A stretch of DNA of 64,000 nucleotides from Felis catus (taxonomy: Eukaryota): the NCBI RefSeq assembly GCF_018350175.1, contig NC_058383.1, positions 11,348,001 to 11,412,000 on the forward strand, given 5' to 3'. Of the stretch, positions 62,180 through 64,000 are shown piece after piece. The notes below the pieces were generated by a model. That model ran no database searches. It had not been told where the DNA came from and worked only from the letters and a program-made list of their open reading frames with translations. Numbering within the stretch: position 1 is the first letter of the stretch; each line of letters starts with the position of its first letter. A program made the position numbers and the translations under genes.

Positions 62180-62615
62180 GCTGACATCTATTTATCATGT
62201 GCTCTCTCTCAGGCGACGTAGTAAGGACCTTCTATCTAACAGCTCATTTAAGCCTGGAAACAACTCTAGGAATGAAGTGTTATTATCCTCACTCCCATTT
62301 TTACAGATGAGGAAATGGGCCCAGAAAAATTCAATCGCCTGCCCCAGGTTACACAGCTAGTAGCTGGGAACACGTGGATTTGAACCCAGGCAGCCAAGCT
62401 CAAGGGGTTTCCTAACCCTGGCCGTGCAATCCAGTCTTCTGGAGCCATTATAAAATACTGAGCATTCAATTGCATGCCAGAACACGCCCCAGATCAATAA
62501 AATCAGAAGGTGGAGGTTGGACCCAGACATGGATCCTAGAGGATCCATTGATCCACTGATCTAGGATCAAAGCTCCTAGAGGATTCTAGTTGGCAGCCAG
62601 GGTTGGGAATGACTG
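62180..62615 (+). mobile_element. MIR followed by a MER5A-like element
   Basis: cccatttttacagatgaggaaa..ggttacacagctagtag..ggatttgaacccaggcag (MIR); ggattctagttggcagccagggttggga (MER5A). Confidence 0.8.
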
Positions 62616-63019
62616 ACTCTACCTGCGTGTTGTATGGATGCTGATGTTACTTACCTGCAAGACCCATACCCGTGATTACTAACAGTCATATCTGTCCACA
62701 CGCAGGTCTCTTCTCTTGAGTGTCTTTGCGTATTACGTGCCTTTGTGGAGCTGGGTTGGGTGTCTGAGGCCCCCTCAGATGTCATATCCCAGGCCTGTGA
62801 ATCAGGGAAGCTCACAGTCTTGTCCAGTGACCCGGGGAGCCAGAGGCAAAGTTGAGGGGTGGCCACATTGGTCGGTGGCAGCAGGAAGACTCTTGAAGAG
62901 CCTTGGCAGGGACTGTCACGTCCCGAGCGAAATACATACGCATGCCAGTCACCTTTACATATTTCTCAGGCCAGTTGAGGTGAAAAATGTGCAGGCTTTG
63001 AACCATCGGAGGAATGCTT

Positions 63020-63375
63020 CCTCAGCTGTCAGCCTCTGGACACAGTAACGATCGGATTTGTCGTGACCCTTAGATTTTTGTCAGTCACCGCGTTCCCGCA
63101 CCCATCTGGGAGATTGACAGTGCTGTCTTGTCACTTTGTCAAACCGAATGACAGCCTCTCCAGATTTGGTTATGCGTGGACAAGAGAAGCTGTCACGGAA
63201 ACCTTGTCGACGTGATGAGCCAGTGGCAACTCACCCCGGTCACACGGCGTGAATAAGGAGGACAGGGCAATTAGGTGCTCTCCAGCGTCAACGCCAAGAA
63301 GGTTGACAAATTAAAGCTTGTCAACTTCCTTAAAGCCGCTCAACGATCACAAGAGTTTGAATGCTGACATACGAA
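63020..63375. promoter_or_regulatory. Homotypic TGACA (TALE: MEIS/TGIF/PKNOX) motif cluster
   Basis: Ten TGACA/TGTCA in ~345 bp, including an inverted pair gttgacaa-N8-ttgtcaac. Confidence 0.5.
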
Positions 63376-64000
63376 AGCCGAAGTCTGCAATGGGAGTGAT
63401 GGCCCCGATCTTCCTGTTCTCTCCTTTCAGTTTTTCCAACTTAACTGGGGAAAGCAGGACTTCCTAAAGCAGCAGCGAGGGGTCTGCAGCCTCACACAGC
63501 TCCTGCTGGTTGTTGGTCCCACCAGGTGGGAAAAAAGAAACGATGCTGAGTTTGGATGCCAGGGTGGAAGTCTTAACGAGGCTCCTCTGGCCTTATTTCA
63601 TTGCAGGAAAATGAAGTGGGATATATGGGAATCCATTACGCATAATGGGGTTAATTTTGTTTGTGAAACGTTGGTTTTAGCTGGGTGAGTACATAAATCT
63701 TTGGGTGTACTGAGTCATGGTGTAAAGTGTATTTTTATTGTGAGTCATGGTCAAGAAGATTTGAAAACCACTGTCCTAAGGAGCTCAGGGGTGAAGGAGC
63801 AAGTTCCACTCATGCGTTCAGATGGGCAGATCGAAATAGAAAACATGCTTCTGAGTTTTCACTAGTGCCTGCCACTGTTCTGGGCACTTGAGAAGTACTA
63901 AGCCATTTAATCCCCACAATGACCCTAGGAAGCGGATACCGTATTACTAAACCCATGTCACAGATGAGGGAAATAGAGGCATGGTAGGTTAAGAATTGTG

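Noticed and set aside
1..64000. Naming the locus or host gene
   Set aside because: No recognisable coding exon; needs alignment to a reference genome

Overview
Mammalian genomic DNA, almost certainly felid, judged from about 33 tRNA-derived carnivore SINEs of the feline SINEC_Fc type. I find no recognisable protein-coding gene, RNA gene or CRISPR array. The ORFs in the track come from SINEs, simple repeats, chance GC-rich frames or decayed transposon ORFs (an L1 ORF2 C-terminus and a Charlie1 hAT transposase). The rest is a mosaic of MIR, L2, L1, MaLR/ERV LTRs and MER/Tigger DNA transposons, with repeat-free, motif-dense islands that look like developmental enhancers and one CpG-rich promoter-like segment (~25.1-26.2 kb). 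SINEs and L1s are strongly biased to the minus strand and there are candidate plus-strand exons, so the window may lie in long introns of a plus-strand gene, which I cannot name. The most notable observations are: a 41-bp duplication whose two differences are a compensatory stem pair, a 10-site TGACA cluster, a phased 20-bp minisatellite born from an L2, an apparent dimeric SINE insertion, and a collapsed inverted SINE pair. I see no convincing novel multi-gene system. Repeat family names come from my recall of consensus sequences and boundaries are approximate.
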